This document shows positions 5,602 through 6,300 of a stretch of DNA of 6,300 nt, piece by piece. Under the pieces are notes generated by a model. That model worked only from the letters and a program-made list of their open reading frames with translations, did no database searches and had not been told where the DNA came from. Position numbers and translations under genes: made by a program. This stretch comes from a virus. Positions within the stretch are counted from its first letter, which is position 1. Each line of letters starts with the position of its first letter. The stretch lies in UHGV virus genome UHGV-1436680; one strand, written 5' to 3'.

Positions 5602-5793
5602 TTGTCAACAATCAAACGCGATAAAAGCCCTAAAGGGGACGGGCAATCCCCACAATTCAGAATGCGAATTTCTCCAGAGCTAAAAGAGCAATTCGACAAA
5701 GAAGCACAGAGCGACGGCATAAGCCTAGCCAACTGGCTTAAAGAGTTGGGGCGCACTGAACTAAAGCGGCGCGGCATAGAACCCAAAGGATAA
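5602..5793 (+). CDS. Arc/Mnt-like ribbon-helix-helix DNA-binding protein (63 aa, TTG start)
   Basis: PQFRMRISPELKEQFDKEAQSDGISLANWLKEL aligns with the P22 Arc (PQFNLRWPREVLDLVRKVAEENGRSVNSEIYQRV) and Mnt beta-strand/helix A/helix B pattern. SD AGGTGA lies 4 nt before the TTG. The internal ATG at 5662 would delete the beta-strand. Confidence 0.6.
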   Translation: MSTIKRDKSPKGDGQSPQFRMRISPELKEQFDKEAQSDGISLANWLKELGRTELKRRGIEPKG

Positions 5794-5850
5794 AAACTAT
5801 CAGCGCCGTGGTGTGAGGTATTACGGCGCATTGCTATGCAGGACAACACA

Positions 5851-6024
5851 ATGACCGATAAAGAATTGACCAAAACATTATCACCGGCACGGAAAAGACG
5901 GCGCAGAAAGATAGAGCATGAATCAGAAAGATTCGCACCATGTGCTTTTGCCCTTGAGCAATTCCTTAAAGAGTATAGGGAAAAGCGCTCATTGCAGGTA
6001 TGGCAACGAACTGAACCAGACTGA
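5851..6024 (+). CDS. Hypothetical small basic protein (57 aa)
   Basis: ATG at 5851 with AGGA 7 nt upstream. Arg-rich segment ARKRRRRK. Followed by a terminator. Weak evidence, no homology recognised. Confidence 0.3.
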   Translation: MTDKELTKTLSPARKRRRRKIEHESERFAPCAFALEQFLKEYREKRSLQVWQRTEPD

Positions 6025-6118
6025 TTGCATTGCCCACCAGCCTGATAGCGGCTATCATCCCCGTGCTTATGTTTGGGATCACATACACATAAGGCGCAGC
6101 GGGTTAATTGTTCAGAAA

Positions 6119-6146
6119 GGCGGCTCCATATCGGGGCCGCTTTTTT
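6119..6146 (+). terminator. Rho-independent terminator for the plus-strand Arc-like unit
   Basis: Stem GCGGCTCC (6120-6127) pairs with GGGGCCGC (6133-6140), with one G-U pair, around a 5-nt loop, followed by T6 (6141-6146). Confidence 0.6.
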
Positions 6147-6239
6147 CGTGTTTGTCATATCTGTGATACCCGTTAAGCAGCCGTTCCGCGTGCTTCCTGT
6201 TCGCGTTCTTTCTGCCAGGCCAACACATCATCCTCATAC

Positions 6240-6300
6240 CTGTCTCTTATACACATCTGACGCTGCCGACGAAGAGGATAGTGTAGATCTCGGTGGTCGC
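6240..6300. other. Illumina Nextera adapter (technical): mosaic end, read-1 adapter, i5 index, P5 sequence (reverse-complement orientation)
   Basis: CTGTCTCTTATACACATCT (6240-6258), GACGCTGCCGACGA (6259-6272), AGAGGATA (6273-6280; reverse complement of TATCCTCT, the S503/N503 index as I recall it), GTGTAGATCTCGGTGGTCGC (6281-6300, start of the P5 complement). Confidence 0.95.

Noticed and set aside
6032-6056. Extra GCCCACC iteron-like copy and a TGATAGC-G-GCTATCA inverted repeat downstream of the 57-aa ORF
   Set aside because: A single motif copy and a short 7-bp-arm palindrome; either could be chance or a minor binding site, with too little evidence to call.
5493-6158. Minus-strand 221-aa ORF spanning the Arc-like gene region
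   Set aside because: It is antisense to the RHH-matching plus-strand ORF, runs through the plus-strand terminator hairpin, and has Cys/Ser-rich low-complexity composition with no start context.
6173-6239. Possible 3' end of a convergent minus-strand gene (reads ...YEDDVLAWQKEREQEARGTAA then stop)
   Set aside because: Only 21 open codons before the adapter junction, which is not statistically distinguishable from chance. It cannot be supported without the flanking sequence.
67-6239. tRNA genes, integrase or attachment-site direct repeats marking element boundaries
   Set aside because: None recognised by eye. The window is bounded by adapters, so the element ends are probably outside it.

Overview
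The window is a single sequencing-library molecule or untrimmed contig: Illumina Nextera adapters occupy 1-66 and 6240-6300, so only 67-6239 is biological and both ends are artificial. The insert looks like part of a phage-derived mobile element (phage-satellite/PICI-like or cryptic prophage), with nearly all genes on the minus strand. Reading from high to low coordinates: an Arc/Mnt-like ribbon-helix-helix gene on the plus strand with two GGTGACCAC motifs upstream; a low-GC cluster of small overlapping minus-strand ORFs (one junction carries a G9 homopolymer); a 469-aa RepA/DnaB-like helicase-family ATPase; an iteron-rich putative origin (11 copies of a CCCAC-T-run core in about 200 bp); a small ORF coupled to an SSB homolog with the canonical C-terminal DDIPF tail; a small regulator-like ORF; two intrinsic terminators; and a separately promoted unit with a perfect 30-bp palindrome over a sigma70-like promoter, driving a 68-aa ORF coupled to a lambda gpE-family major capsid gene and a truncated downstream gene. 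No rRNA, tRNA, CRISPR array, integrase or attachment site was recognised. All protein family calls are from by-eye comparison with remembered sequences and motifs, not from a database search. The most notable feature is that the capsid gene stands alone behind its own operator next to the replication module, which is satellite-like rather than lambda-like.
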